Of a DNA stretch of 44,827 nucleotides, positions 33,504 through 42,649 are shown in pieces. Origin of the DNA: a virus; IMG/VR virus record IMGVR_UViG_3300037034_000031; one strand, 5' to 3'. Under the pieces are notes generated by a model that was given only the letters and a program-made list of their open reading frames with translations, was not told the origin of the DNA and did no database searches. A program made the position numbers and the translations under genes. Within the stretch, counting starts at the first letter, position 1, and the number at the start of each line of letters is the position of its first letter.

Positions 33504-34517
33504 TTACGAAGCAGGGTAGAAGATCGCACCGGATACGTCGGAACGGTCGATAGCGGCACCGAAAGCCATCCAGCTGTCAATGAACCAAGATTTCTCTTCG
33601 TCGTTGAACCAGATTTTGGACTGCATCGGGATGCTCTCACCAACCAAGATGGACTTGGGGTGCAGAAGCAGACCGGCACAGCGAGCATCGGCAGCAGCAG
33701 TGTTGAAGGCAGCGCCCAGTTCGTGGGACGCTTCAGCCGCATTAGGAATGCGTGCAGTCTTCACGATAGGAACACCCAGCAGGGTCTTTACGACGCCGTC
33801 AGCGAAGTCACCGTTGTCGGTGGACAGGTCTTTGTCAAGCAAGGACGCAGCCATGTCATTCAACAGGGCGCTGTACTGAGCAGGACGTACGAAGATCACG
33901 TGATCATCTGTGTCGATATCTTCTTCTTCCATCGCGACGATCATGGCTTCAAAGCCAGCGTACACGTCTGCACCATCGGTGGCGTCAGCCAACGCAGCGA
34001 GGTTGTACTGCTTACCAGCACCGAACGCGCCGTTGTAGCTGTTGCCGCCGTTGGCGGTAGGAGCCGCAGTACCGGTCTGCAGACCAGCGCCTGAGTTGGT
34101 GGTGGCGTCAGTAACAGCCGAGGTGCGGCCCATGATCAGCAAGCTCTCGTCGAATTTCTTCGCCAGCTCTTTACCGTGGTCTTTGCCCAGCTCAGAACGT
34201 GCGTCGAAGTCGGTCTGGATTTCGTTCAGCATTGGACGTTCGTTACGTGCGAGCAAGATCACGGAGACCTGTACAGACACCGTACCGAAGTGGGTCCGGG
34301 TCGGGGTTGGGCGCACGCCGTCAGTCAAAGTCTGCAGAGTGGTACGACCAACGCGGCGAGCCACGAGGGTATCAGTACCAACAATGGATTTGACAGGGTA
34401 GAAACCCTTCATGATGGATTTCTTTGCGAACTGACTGTCCACCGCACCACGGTAGTCATCAATCATGTCCGCGAAGGAAGACATTAGGGCTGTGCCGCCA
34501 TTATCATTAGTTGCCAT
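33504..34517 (-). CDS. Major capsid protein (T7 gp10-like)
   Basis: 337-aa ORF following the scaffold gene, with its own promoter and a downstream terminator. Composition and length are typical of T7-group capsid proteins. Confidence 0.88.
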   Translation of the reverse strand: MATNDNGGTALMSSFADMIDDYRGAVDSQFAKKSIMKGFYPVKSIVGTDTLVARRVGRTTLQTLTDGVRPTPTRTHFGTVSVQVSVILLARNERPMLNEIQTDFDARSELGKDHGKELAKKFDESLLIMGRTSAVTDATTNSGAGLQTGTAAPTANGGNSYNGAFGAGKQYNLAALADATDGADVYAGFEAMIVAMEEEDIDTDDHVIFVRPAQYSALLNDMAASLLDKDLSTDNGDFADGVVKTLLGVPIVKTARIPNAAEASHELGAAFNTAAADARCAGLLLHPKSILVGESIPMQSKIWFNDEEKSWFIDSWMAFGAAIDRSDVSGAIFYPAS

Positions 34518-34617
34518 GAGGCGATCCTTTCAGGATATATGTTTGTTGGATGTCGTAGGACGAGAGGGGAAGCTGGTCGTTCCAGCCGCGAGCCCTCCCG
34601 CCGTAGAATAGCGCTAT

Positions 34618-34637
34618 CTATCCTATAGTAGTGGTAC
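34618..34637 (-). promoter_or_regulatory. Phage RNAP promoter (capsid)
   Basis: Minus strand GTACCACTACTATAGGATAG, 7 nt after the scaffold stop. The leader of about 100 nt contains a GCTGG/CCAGC stem at 34572-34586. Confidence 0.82.
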
Positions 34638-34644
34638 AGAGTGG

Positions 34645-35577
34645 TCAGGCAGCACGACCAGCGTTACGTGCTCGCTGGATACGCTGCATCTCTTTAGCGT
34701 GTTCAGCATGGGTCAGCTTTCCGACCTGCTTCAACCGGGTAGCCTTTTCCTTAGCGCGGTACGCCTCGGTGCCGGTCATGGTTTCGACTGTCGTGGTCAC
34801 GACTTTGTCGCCCGTGACCGTCTTCTGCTCCTTGCCCACCGTAGCGTTATTTGGGTCGTCGTTGTACAGGCGTTGGAACTCCTTAGCACCCAGCTCCCGC
34901 GCCTTGCCTGTACCGTTCAGCATGTCTGTGATGCCTTCGATCTCAGACTTGAACGCAGTGTCGGTCTTGGCTTTGCTACGTGCCCACTGGGTCATCTTCG
35001 CCCAGTTCGCCGCGCCGCCGACGCTCTCCTGTACGGCGTGGGCCGCAGCAAGCGCTTCCCGACCAGCGTCTTCCGACCACTTGGTCACACCGGCCATAAC
35101 CAGTACAGCCTGATCCGCACCCAGTGCCCTGTCAAGCGCAGCCCGGTCCACCTTCGAGATGTCCCCGGATTTGATGGCCTCACCGAAGTGCGTTGACAGC
35201 GCCGCCGCGTCCATGCCTGCTGCCTTCATGATACTGAGGGCGGCGTTTAGACCGGGGTCGTCAGACTGTGGGAACTCCACAACCTCACCTGCGTCGGCGT
35301 CTTCAGTAGCGTCTTCAGACGTCTCCTCTTCCGCAGTATCACCGAGCACCTCCTCTGCGGTAGGCTCCTCTGCTGTGTCCTTCTTCTTGAGGAACGCCGC
35401 TGCTTCCTGTGCCAGTTCTTCGGCTGTCTGCGAACCTTTCGGCTCTTCCTGTTTACCCGCCGCCGCAGCCTTGCGTGCGTCGTTCTCGTCAGCGGACACC
35501 GTAGCGTCGTTTGTGTCTGCGTTCACGGTATTCGCCAGTGCGACCATCTCTTCTTGTGAAAGACCTTCGAGGGACAT
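34645..35577 (-). CDS. Scaffolding protein (T7 gp9 position)
   Basis: 310 aa, highly acidic, Ala/Glu-rich and low complexity, between the portal and capsid genes. Confidence 0.75.
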   Translation of the reverse strand: MSLEGLSQEEMVALANTVNADTNDATVSADENDARKAAAAGKQEEPKGSQTAEELAQEAAAFLKKKDTAEEPTAEEVLGDTAEEETSEDATEDADAGEVVEFPQSDDPGLNAALSIMKAAGMDAAALSTHFGEAIKSGDISKVDRAALDRALGADQAVLVMAGVTKWSEDAGREALAAAHAVQESVGGAANWAKMTQWARSKAKTDTAFKSEIEGITDMLNGTGKARELGAKEFQRLYNDDPNNATVGKEQKTVTGDKVVTTTVETMTGTEAYRAKEKATRLKQVGKLTHAEHAKEMQRIQRARNAGRAA

Positions 35578-35578
35578 A

Positions 35579-37159
35579 TTAAACTCCTTGTGTCATTGTT
35601 TGTTGTGCTTTCGCAGCTTGCTCTTGCTGCATCATCTGCATCTCGCGCTCTTGTGCAGCCTTCTGCTCTTCCGCAAGTTCCGTACCGGTCTTAACGAAGG
35701 CGTCGTGGTTGACGCCGCGCTGTACCGCTGTGTACTCTGCGAACTCGCTGGGTTTGATTACGCTCTGCATGTGCTCAGGTACAGTGTTGAGCATACCCAA
35801 GTCCTGTATCCAGACACGCACTGCCTGCATCTCACCCTGTCGGCTGAGACTGTCCATACCGGTGATGATCCGTGTATCCAAGTCTGCACTCAGAACGCCG
35901 TCCACTTCCGCAACTGCCTCTTTAGCAGCCTTGGCTTGCCAGTCCGCAGCAAAGCGGCTGTAGACACCACCGTGTGCGATTTCAAGCTCCGCAGCGTTCT
36001 CCCGGATTTCCTCCGCAGTTACGCGCTCGGCGTCACGGGTGTTACCCGACTGGTACAGGAACGCAGCGCTGATCTGGCGCTTGTGTCCTTGAATGAGCTG
36101 ATCCAGCGCCACGATGTCCTGTGGGTCCACCAGCTTCTCTGTGGAGATACCGTCCTTACGACCAGACACGTATGTGCTGCTGTCAGAACTGTTCAGCTCG
36201 TTTACATCAATACCAGCCTGCGGATCGACCATGATCTTCTGGGCGGCGATACGCGCTGCGAGTTGTGCAATCGTACGGGACAGGGCGTCGATCATATGGA
36301 ATGCGCCGGAGTAGTCCTCAACAAGCCCACGACCGTAGTTCTCACCCCGTGTCAGGTTCCAGCTCAGATGTGTGTGAGGGATAGCGTCCATGGGTAGCAG
36401 GCGCTGCACACCGCTAGCGAAGTCGCCGTGGTTCGTGCCCTGCATGACCGCGTAGCGACCGTCCTCCTGCAGCTCGTACGCTGTGTAGAGAGTGACGTCG
36501 TCCCGCGCTTTGATGTGCTTCTCCTCGGACATAGCAAGAATTTCTTCCTGTAGGTCCGCATCGAACGTGCCGAACGCCTTGGTGTCGCGCATGATCAGGA
36601 GTGTGTCCTGACCGGACAAGTCCTTCACGGCCACGTAGTCACGCATGGTGTACACGGAGGGTCGCGCACCTTTGCCGGGATTATACAGAACAGCGTCACC
36701 GGTGGCGACCAAAACCTTAGCCGTCTGGGTGGCTGCTGTACGGTATCCGATACTTTCGAGATGCTGTACTGCGCGTTTCTCTACGCGGGAAGCCTCCTTA
36801 CGGAACTCTCGGATGGTATCCTGTGCCTGCTGCTGTGCCGCAGGATCACTGTCATCTGACTGTGCCCGCTCCAACTCCACGGCGTCTTCACTCTCGGCGG
36901 CGGGGCCAATACGGAAGAACGGTTGATTGGGGCTGAACATAGTCGTGACCAGCTTGTTGCTGAAATGGTTCAGGACAGCGGATCCGATAGCGTCTAGCAT
37001 ACCGACGCCGCGTGAGTTATCCACCTCACCACTCTCTATGGACGGGAACAACGACGGGATCGTATAGTACGCGAACTGTTCGCTGGCACTGAGCCGCTCT
37101 TGCCGTTCCCCGTCGAGCTTCTTGAACTGCTCGTCTAGGCTTTGCTTCTCGTCAATCAT
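35579..37159 (-). CDS. Portal (head-tail connector) protein (T7 gp8-like)
   Basis: 526 aa; position upstream of scaffold and capsid; acidic and Gln-rich C-terminus. Confidence 0.88.
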   Translation of the reverse strand: MIDEKQSLDEQFKKLDGERQERLSASEQFAYYTIPSLFPSIESGEVDNSRGVGMLDAIGSAVLNHFSNKLVTTMFSPNQPFFRIGPAAESEDAVELERAQSDDSDPAAQQQAQDTIREFRKEASRVEKRAVQHLESIGYRTAATQTAKVLVATGDAVLYNPGKGARPSVYTMRDYVAVKDLSGQDTLLIMRDTKAFGTFDADLQEEILAMSEEKHIKARDDVTLYTAYELQEDGRYAVMQGTNHGDFASGVQRLLPMDAIPHTHLSWNLTRGENYGRGLVEDYSGAFHMIDALSRTIAQLAARIAAQKIMVDPQAGIDVNELNSSDSSTYVSGRKDGISTEKLVDPQDIVALDQLIQGHKRQISAAFLYQSGNTRDAERVTAEEIRENAAELEIAHGGVYSRFAADWQAKAAKEAVAEVDGVLSADLDTRIITGMDSLSRQGEMQAVRVWIQDLGMLNTVPEHMQSVIKPSEFAEYTAVQRGVNHDAFVKTGTELAEEQKAAQEREMQMMQQEQAAKAQQTMTQGV

Positions 37160-37410
37160 AGGATTTTGACCCCTGTTGCACCCGCGCCTGTGTTAAGGCC
37201 CGAGCCGGTGGTGTCCGCAGACGCTTGTTGGGAGGCCGTGGTGGTTTTCTTTTTCTTCTTCTTGCTCGAACCGCCTACGAGGACTTCAGCCCCAGTGTCT
37301 AGGGCAGCTGGCTCCGCAACGGCGGGGATTTTCGGAGGAGCCTTGGGTTTGTTGGCGAGTTTACCAAATAGGCTACCTGCGGCGGATAGTAGGGTGATGG
37401 GATCACACAT
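37156..37410 (-). CDS. Small low-complexity protein before the portal (T7 gp6.7/7.3-like position)
   Basis: MCDPITLLSAAGSLFGKLANKPK...SSKKKKKKTTT... Start ATG 37410; ATGA overlap with the portal start. Confidence 0.5.
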   Translation of the reverse strand: MCDPITLLSAAGSLFGKLANKPKAPPKIPAVAEPAALDTGAEVLVGGSSKKKKKKTTTASQQASADTTGSGLNTGAGATGVKIL

Positions 37411-37816
37411 GGGTGATGTCCTTTCTGAAGGAGTGTGTGGATCGAAACCCACGGTTGGTGTACACGTGCTTTGCTGCGACAGTGTCTGGTTCCAGAGATG
37501 CACCCGCGAGTAGAGCGTCCACGAGGTAGTATTTTTTGCGTGCCGTGCGTTCCCACCGCTCTACGAGCAGCTGCGCTGCGCCCGTGTCCCGGTTAGCTGG
37601 ATCGACCCACAACATACGCTCGATCCAGAAAGTCTGTCCCGTGTCTTTGTCCGTAGTCTCCACGAAGAACAGGAAGCCTGTATATACAGTCAAAGATGCA
37701 GTAAGCAGGAGCCTGCCGTCCGCATGGGCGTCCCGGAAGGTGTCGTACGGGATCACAACACCTGTGTCGGCTACGGCCCTGTCGAATAGATCACGCAGTT
37801 TGTGGTCTTGTTTCAT
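37403..37816 (-). CDS. Putative GNAT-family N-acetyltransferase (137 aa)
   Basis: VDPANRDTGAAQLLVERWERTARKK fits the acetyl-CoA binding motif R-x-x-G-x-A followed by a helix. Size is typical of the GNAT fold. No database search was possible. Confidence 0.45.
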   Translation of the reverse strand: MKQDHKLRDLFDRAVADTGVVIPYDTFRDAHADGRLLLTASLTVYTGFLFFVETTDKDTGQTFWIERMLWVDPANRDTGAAQLLVERWERTARKKYYLVDALLAGASLEPDTVAAKHVYTNRGFRSTHSFRKDITHV

Positions 37817-37983
37817 TTCAATAGCTCCGCTTTCAAGATGTCCAACGCATTCGCTGCCCCTGCCTGAAACATGATTTCTTCTATGGTGTGGTCGGGCTTG
37901 ACCGCGTAAGTCAGTCCTGCTTTTGTATGGTCAATCTTGCCAAGCACGAAGCTCTTATACAGGGACGGGTTCATGTGATCCAT
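37813..37983 (-). CDS. Hypothetical small protein (56 aa; start uncertain)
   Basis: ATG 37983 has GAAGG 9 nt upstream. Overlaps the upstream gene end by 29 nt. ATGA overlap with the GNAT start. Confidence 0.4.
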   Translation of the reverse strand: MDHMNPSLYKSFVLGKIDHTKAGLTYAVKPDHTIEEIMFQAGAANALDILKAELLK

Positions 37984-38137
37984 TTGTAGATACCTTCTTT
38001 GGTGATGTGATTTGGTCGTATAGACCATTCTCTTGTAGCCACAGCGCGATCCTTGGCGCGATGGGTATGCGAAACTTCACGGCGTCACGAGCCATTTTGA
38101 TACGCTCTTCGTCGGTGAGCTGGTCATAGTGGCTCAT
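37955..38137 (-). CDS. Hypothetical protein (60 aa), first gene of the post-RNAP transcript
   Basis: AGGAGAAAGCAC-ATG, directly downstream of the promoter at 38159-38179. Confidence 0.55.
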   Translation of the reverse strand: MSHYDQLTDEERIKMARDAVKFRIPIAPRIALWLQENGLYDQITSPKKVSTNGSHEPVPV

Positions 38138-38158
38138 GTGCTTTCTCCTATAGGATGG

Positions 38159-38179
38159 TTATCTCTATAGTAGTGTCAC
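38159..38179 (-). promoter_or_regulatory. Phage RNAP promoter overlapping the RNAP stop codon
   Basis: Minus strand GTGACACTACTATAGAGATAA. The RNAP TGA (38176-38178) lies inside the promoter. Confidence 0.75.
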
Positions 38180-40587
38180 GCGAAAAAGTAGGGACTGTCC
38201 CGGACGCGGCGTACGTCGAAGTCGCCAAGAGCCGGGCTGTCAGGCAGATCGACACCAGTACGCGCCACCTGCTCGTCCCGGAACGCCTTGAGTGCGTCCC
38301 AGCCGTGGTATAGATCAACGAACGCCTCCCGGATCGCTGTGTCCAGCGCGTCGGTGTCACAGGCGTACGTCCCGTAGCTGTCATGGACCATGGCGAACTG
38401 TGTGTCCTCTGGCATACGCATGATCGTCATCTGCATATGGGATGCGTCCATGGAGTGGATGTAGTTCGGTGCGGAACCAGCAGATTGCTTCCGACTGTCT
38501 AGCTCGTCCGTGAACTCACCGATCTGGATCGCCAAGTCGCCGCCTAGCTGTGTCCGCACCCGCTTGGTCTTGATCTTGTGTCGTGCCTGTCGTACAACGA
38601 ACCCTGTGGGTGTTGTCCAGCACAGGGGATGTCCCGCCTTCGCCATATACGCAGCGGTGCCTTGTACCCAGTCCATCCCGACACGCGCCGACACAACCAC
38701 GTCGCTGATTGCGTCCCAAAGGTGGTCGGTGCAATACTGTGCGTCGGTCATGCGGGTGGTTGCCGGAAACTCTGGTGCATCCAGATCAGCCAGCCAGTCC
38801 AGTACACTGTCCACACAGGAGCGCTTGGTGCTCCCGTATGGCAGGGTCATTACCGGCTTTTTAGCGAGCTTACGCGGTAGTCCTTCGTCGTACGCCCGCC
38901 ACGCGGTGTCGCCACCAGCAGCAGCAATACGCACGCCAGCCGCTTTGCCCACGTCCGTGTAAATGTCAGCAACCACGCGATCAGTTGAACGACACACATT
39001 GGTGGCAGTAGCGCCCACAGGATCACGGAGGATAGCAGCATAGTGCTGAAGACCGTTACACGAACCGTCCCGTGCCACAGCAATGCGATTAAGTACGTTA
39101 GCGGGGCCATGCTTATATGCGTCTGCCAGTTCCAACAAGACCGCGAGAGCGCAGTACGGCTTATCCGCGTCCGTCCAAAGCCCCTTAGCTTTGCCCAGAG
39201 GGTCAGCTGCACACGCCACAATAGCTTCACGAAGCTCGTCAGTGTATTTCGCTCTGTCATCAAAAGAAACCTTATCGTAGCCACACAGGTTAGCGTAGTG
39301 GACTTTCAAGTGGTAGAAACCACGTTCACCCAGAGGCTTGCCCTCTGAGAACTCGATTACCCCTTTGCCCATGTCCGGGCCTTGTGGGGAGAAAGCGCTG
39401 GTGATAGCATACATCCGGGACCGGAAGTCGTACTGATGCACGTACCAGAACTTGTCGTATTGGGAATAGTCTTCTGCCATACGGATGATCCGCACAGCTT
39501 GGAAGTTCGAGGTCACACGCTCGCGCTCCATTGTGTGGAGCCGCGCCGCCGCCCGCTTCCATGCGGTGAATGCCTCGACCTGCTCCGGGGTCATAGCCTC
39601 CTTCTTGATGTCCTCGACAGGGCTTGGTGGGATTTCAATCGGGTGCGGCGAACCCATGCCGATACGCAGCCCGTTCTTCCAAACAGTCTTGAGCACATCG
39701 TGGACACGCTTGTTCACGCGCCAGCTGGTATTTTGTACGCGGTTGAGTGCAGCCATAGGGACGGACAGGTCAGCGGATCGTAGCATTTCTGCGTGCTCTT
39801 TCTCACGTGTCTTGACCATAGGCACCCGGCGGCGCACACCGGGCGTGTAGTAGCCGCCCACGTCCAGCGCTGTCCATGCGTCTGGCTCAATCAGGGATGG
39901 CATGAACTCCGGGGCGAGCAGGGACATATGGTCCTTGTGCTTCTCGATCCAGTCAGTTGCGAAGGCGGTCAGCACGATCACATACTGTGTCTTACGCCCC
40001 TTGCGCAGCAGCTTCTTCTCGACCAGCGGTGTATGTTCCAACACCGTGTCGAGGCAAAGCATACCGACCTGCATCCGGTCTGTCGGTGTCCATGCTTCCC
40101 ACTCGACTTCTTTCTCATTCATCTTGTGGGTCAGCACGCGGTGCCGGTGCCGGTACTGGTTCGTGTTCTTTCGCTTGAAGTCTTTGATGATGGCGTTGTA
40201 GTATTCCTCGTGATCCTCTTGGAAGGTTGTGAACTTGATCTCGTCTTCGATCATCATGCCTACGGTCTTCGTGAGGGCAGGGATAGTACGCTCCGTGAAG
40301 ATGTCCTGAAAGAGCGCACGGAGCACCAGCAGGGCTGCCTTGTCGGCGTCGATACGGCGTAGTAGCTTGCGATACCTACCGAGCTTCACAGCGCGTCCTG
40401 ACGTGTCTGTGGCGGTCTGGATACCCTCAACCAGATCAGGCATGAAGCTCTTGGTCAGCTGCGTGGCGTAGGTCGTCTCGTGCGTACGCCCTCCGTCGCG
40501 GGCAGACTGCTCGCTGTGGCGGTACTTGGCCGCGCCGCGGGCGATCATGTGCTTCTCTTTCTCGATCTGCTCTTGGATAGTCGCCAT
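38176..40587 (-). CDS. Single-subunit DNA-dependent RNA polymerase (T7 gp1-like)
   Basis: 803 aa. DGSCNGLQHYAAI (T7 DGSCSGIQHFSAM), PNYIHSMDASH (T7 PNFVHSQDGSH), MVHDSYGT (T7 HDSFGT). C-terminus ...PYFFA, like T7 ...FAFA. Confidence 0.96.
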   Translation of the reverse strand: MATIQEQIEKEKHMIARGAAKYRHSEQSARDGGRTHETTYATQLTKSFMPDLVEGIQTATDTSGRAVKLGRYRKLLRRIDADKAALLVLRALFQDIFTERTIPALTKTVGMMIEDEIKFTTFQEDHEEYYNAIIKDFKRKNTNQYRHRHRVLTHKMNEKEVEWEAWTPTDRMQVGMLCLDTVLEHTPLVEKKLLRKGRKTQYVIVLTAFATDWIEKHKDHMSLLAPEFMPSLIEPDAWTALDVGGYYTPGVRRRVPMVKTREKEHAEMLRSADLSVPMAALNRVQNTSWRVNKRVHDVLKTVWKNGLRIGMGSPHPIEIPPSPVEDIKKEAMTPEQVEAFTAWKRAAARLHTMERERVTSNFQAVRIIRMAEDYSQYDKFWYVHQYDFRSRMYAITSAFSPQGPDMGKGVIEFSEGKPLGERGFYHLKVHYANLCGYDKVSFDDRAKYTDELREAIVACAADPLGKAKGLWTDADKPYCALAVLLELADAYKHGPANVLNRIAVARDGSCNGLQHYAAILRDPVGATATNVCRSTDRVVADIYTDVGKAAGVRIAAAGGDTAWRAYDEGLPRKLAKKPVMTLPYGSTKRSCVDSVLDWLADLDAPEFPATTRMTDAQYCTDHLWDAISDVVVSARVGMDWVQGTAAYMAKAGHPLCWTTPTGFVVRQARHKIKTKRVRTQLGGDLAIQIGEFTDELDSRKQSAGSAPNYIHSMDASHMQMTIMRMPEDTQFAMVHDSYGTYACDTDALDTAIREAFVDLYHGWDALKAFRDEQVARTGVDLPDSPALGDFDVRRVRDSPYFFA

Positions 40588-40637
40588 TTACATCTTCCTG
40601 TATGTCGCTCCGCAGCAGGAGCATTTGATTGTCTCGG

Positions 40638-40670
40638 GCGGTGGGGAGGGCACCTGCACAGTGCCCCCGC
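40638..40670 (-). promoter_or_regulatory. GGGCAC/GTGCCC hairpin in the leader of the RNAP gene
   Basis: Core stem 40648-40653 / 40661-40666 with a 7-nt loop, and an outer GCGG/CCGC stem. Same core stem sequence as the two early 44-bp repeats. Confidence 0.45.
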
Positions 40671-40675
40671 AGTGA

Positions 40676-41050
40676 CTACACTTTAGCACTTGCTCTGCGC
40701 TCCCGTGCCAGCTTGTTCGCCCGTAGACGTTTGTCATCGGCGGTGCGGTGGGTAGGGTGCATGAGGCCGGTCTGATCCGTCTCGTGGCTGGCCCAATACT
40801 TTAGGAGCCTGCCGATCCACCACGCCGCGTTGAACTTGCGCTGGGCACGACGGGCGAGGTTGTGCACCTTACCCTCAATGCCGTTACAGTTCCGACACAG
40901 CGCGCCCCGCACGGCACCGGTGACGTGGCTGTGGTCTAGGACCGCCGCGTCGTTGGGCAGGTCGATCAGACAGATCGCGCACTTGTGGCCCTGCTTCTGT
41001 AGGATGTCGTCCCTGACACCCTTGATCTCGCGTTGTTTGAGTTTACGCAT
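40676..41050 (-). CDS. Recombination endonuclease VII (Holliday junction resolvase)
   Basis: HKCAIC...LDHSHVTGAVRGALCRNCNGIEG is the Endo VII H-N-H/zinc motif. ATG 41050 is preferred (GAGGG 6 nt upstream) over 41065. Confidence 0.8.
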   Translation of the reverse strand: MRKLKQREIKGVRDDILQKQGHKCAICLIDLPNDAAVLDHSHVTGAVRGALCRNCNGIEGKVHNLARRAQRKFNAAWWIGRLLKYWASHETDQTGLMHPTHRTADDKRLRANKLARERRASAKV

Positions 41051-41300
41051 TGACGCCCTCTTCATAGATAGCTTTTGTCTGCGCCTTGAAGTCCACCGGC
41101 ACCAGCTGCGTGATGAAGTTGTCGATGGCGAACTCGATCTCTGCCTTCTTCCGCAACGGGGTTGTGTCCCGTAGCATCTTCCGCAGCTTCTTACGACCGA
41201 AGCTCCCGGCGTACGTCAGCTGGACAGCGTGCCCGTCTGAGTGCGGGTACACGAGCATCGCGCCGTGCGGGTATTCCAATTTCACTTTACCGTTTGCCAT
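41043..41300 (-). CDS. Hypothetical protein (85 aa)
   Basis: ORF overlapping the exonuclease stop by 14 nt. Confidence 0.55.
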   Translation of the reverse strand: MANGKVKLEYPHGAMLVYPHSDGHAVQLTYAGSFGRKKLRKMLRDTTPLRKKAEIEFAIDNFITQLVPVDFKAQTKAIYEEGVNA

Positions 41301-42261
41301 TCTTGATGACCTCCTTCATCCAATGTTTTACGTCGTCGATGTCTCCGGGGGTGCGCTGCATCCACAGCAGCTGGGCCTCGCTGATGAACACCTTCGACCA
41401 CTCAACGGGGTCTTTGGTATCCCAGTGCAGGAAGCCCTTGCTTTCCCCGTGCTCCTTATACGCGGCCTTGACCACCTGTAGGCAGTCGTAGTCGTTCTTG
41501 CAGTCTGCCAGCATATCGTACGCCTTGACAATACCAGCACGTGGGATACCTACGATGCTGTCCGCCTGATCGCCCATGAGCATCTGCCACCAGAAGAACT
41601 TCGTACCATAGCCACGTGGCTTGTGGGTCGTGCTCTTCTTGCCCGTCGTCTCGCTGATCTTGACCGTGGTCTTCTTTTCGATGTAGCCAAAGGTGTCTTC
41701 CGCACCCTCGATCTCACCTGTGTCGAAGTTGTAGTGCAGACCCGGCGGGATGCGCAGGTCTTTATCCTTACTGGCGATCACGCACAGCTCCGGCGTACCG
41801 GCAGCGTATGCGTCCCATGCAGCGCCCGCCATACCATCGTCGGCCTCGGCCTCCCACCAGTACACGCCTTTCAGCGTGTCGGGGAAGTAACGGTGGATCA
41901 CGGAGATGTAGTTGCGTACATCACCCAACAGGCGCGGCTTATCCCCACTACGCCCGCTCTGATACGCTTTCTGTATTGCCTTATCATAGCGGCCCGCTTT
42001 GCCGCTACTCTCCGGTGTCAGGTGGCACACAGCGGTCGCTGCCCCGCAGGACTTACGGAGGTCGTGCAACATTGTGTTCACAGACAGTTGCATGTCTTCC
42101 AGCGAACGGTTTTCACCCTCACGCTCGTACGAGGCGTAGTATGCCAAGAAGTCCGCGTCGAGATGTGCCACCCGTCCCGGTACAACGTCTGGGTATTCCT
42201 TCCCTTCCGGGAGAAAGTCAGGCAAGCCGTCCGTGTTGTTGATGTCGTCAATGTTTAGCAT
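41287..42261 (-). CDS. 5'-3' exonuclease (FEN/PIN-like, T7 gp6-like)
   Basis: HLDADFLAYY, AEADDGMA and IASKDKDLR acidic-cluster motifs typical of 5'-3' exonucleases. 324 aa. Confidence 0.82.
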   Translation of the reverse strand: MLNIDDINNTDGLPDFLPEGKEYPDVVPGRVAHLDADFLAYYASYEREGENRSLEDMQLSVNTMLHDLRKSCGAATAVCHLTPESSGKAGRYDKAIQKAYQSGRSGDKPRLLGDVRNYISVIHRYFPDTLKGVYWWEAEADDGMAGAAWDAYAAGTPELCVIASKDKDLRIPPGLHYNFDTGEIEGAEDTFGYIEKKTTVKISETTGKKSTTHKPRGYGTKFFWWQMLMGDQADSIVGIPRAGIVKAYDMLADCKNDYDCLQVVKAAYKEHGESKGFLHWDTKDPVEWSKVFISEAQLLWMQRTPGDIDDVKHWMKEVIKNGKR

Positions 42262-42607
42262 CGTGTTCTCCCGTCAGCCGTCCAATCTGTTGTAGTAGGC
42301 GCACATACTCCGAGTAGCGCATGGTACAGTCATCATCCACCTCGACCACGTGGTATCGCAGACCTGCGAAGTTCTCTCCCGGTGTGGTAGCGCGGACTGA
42401 TCCGCCAGACGCGAACTGTACCACGGGAGAGGTTTTTGACTGCCTAATCGCGTGAAGACTTGACAAGTGTTGAACAACGCCCATGAACTCCCGCACACGG
42501 GTACTAGTGGGCAAGATTACCAGAACTTGTTCTCCTGCACTCGCACCCAACAAAGCCCGCAGAACCTGTCTGTAAGTACGCCCGGTGGCGCGTATAGGGT
42601 CTCTCAT
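42248..42607 (-). CDS. Hypothetical protein (119 aa)
   Basis: ATG 42607 has GGGAGA 5 nt upstream. The track start 42649 is a TTG that would include the hairpin. Confidence 0.55.
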   Translation of the reverse strand: MRDPIRATGRTYRQVLRALLGASAGEQVLVILPTSTRVREFMGVVQHLSSLHAIRQSKTSPVVQFASGGSVRATTPGENFAGLRYHVVEVDDDCTMRYSEYVRLLQQIGRLTGEHDAKH

Positions 42608-42624
42608 AGTGTTCTCCCGAGGGG

Positions 42625-42642
42625 GCGGGGCCGAAGCCCCGC
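42625..42642 (-). promoter_or_regulatory. Intercistronic GC hairpin with UUCG tetraloop
   Basis: Minus strand GCGGGGC-TTCG-GCCCCGC, between the SSB-like gene stop (42650) and the next SD. No U-tract. Confidence 0.6.
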
Positions 42643-42649
42643 GTTTCAA

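Noticed and set aside
42285-42305. Promoter-like TTGTAGTAGG sequence near the exonuclease start
   Set aside because: It has five or more mismatches to the 20-mer consensus, including the TATAGG initiation region, and lies inside coding sequence.
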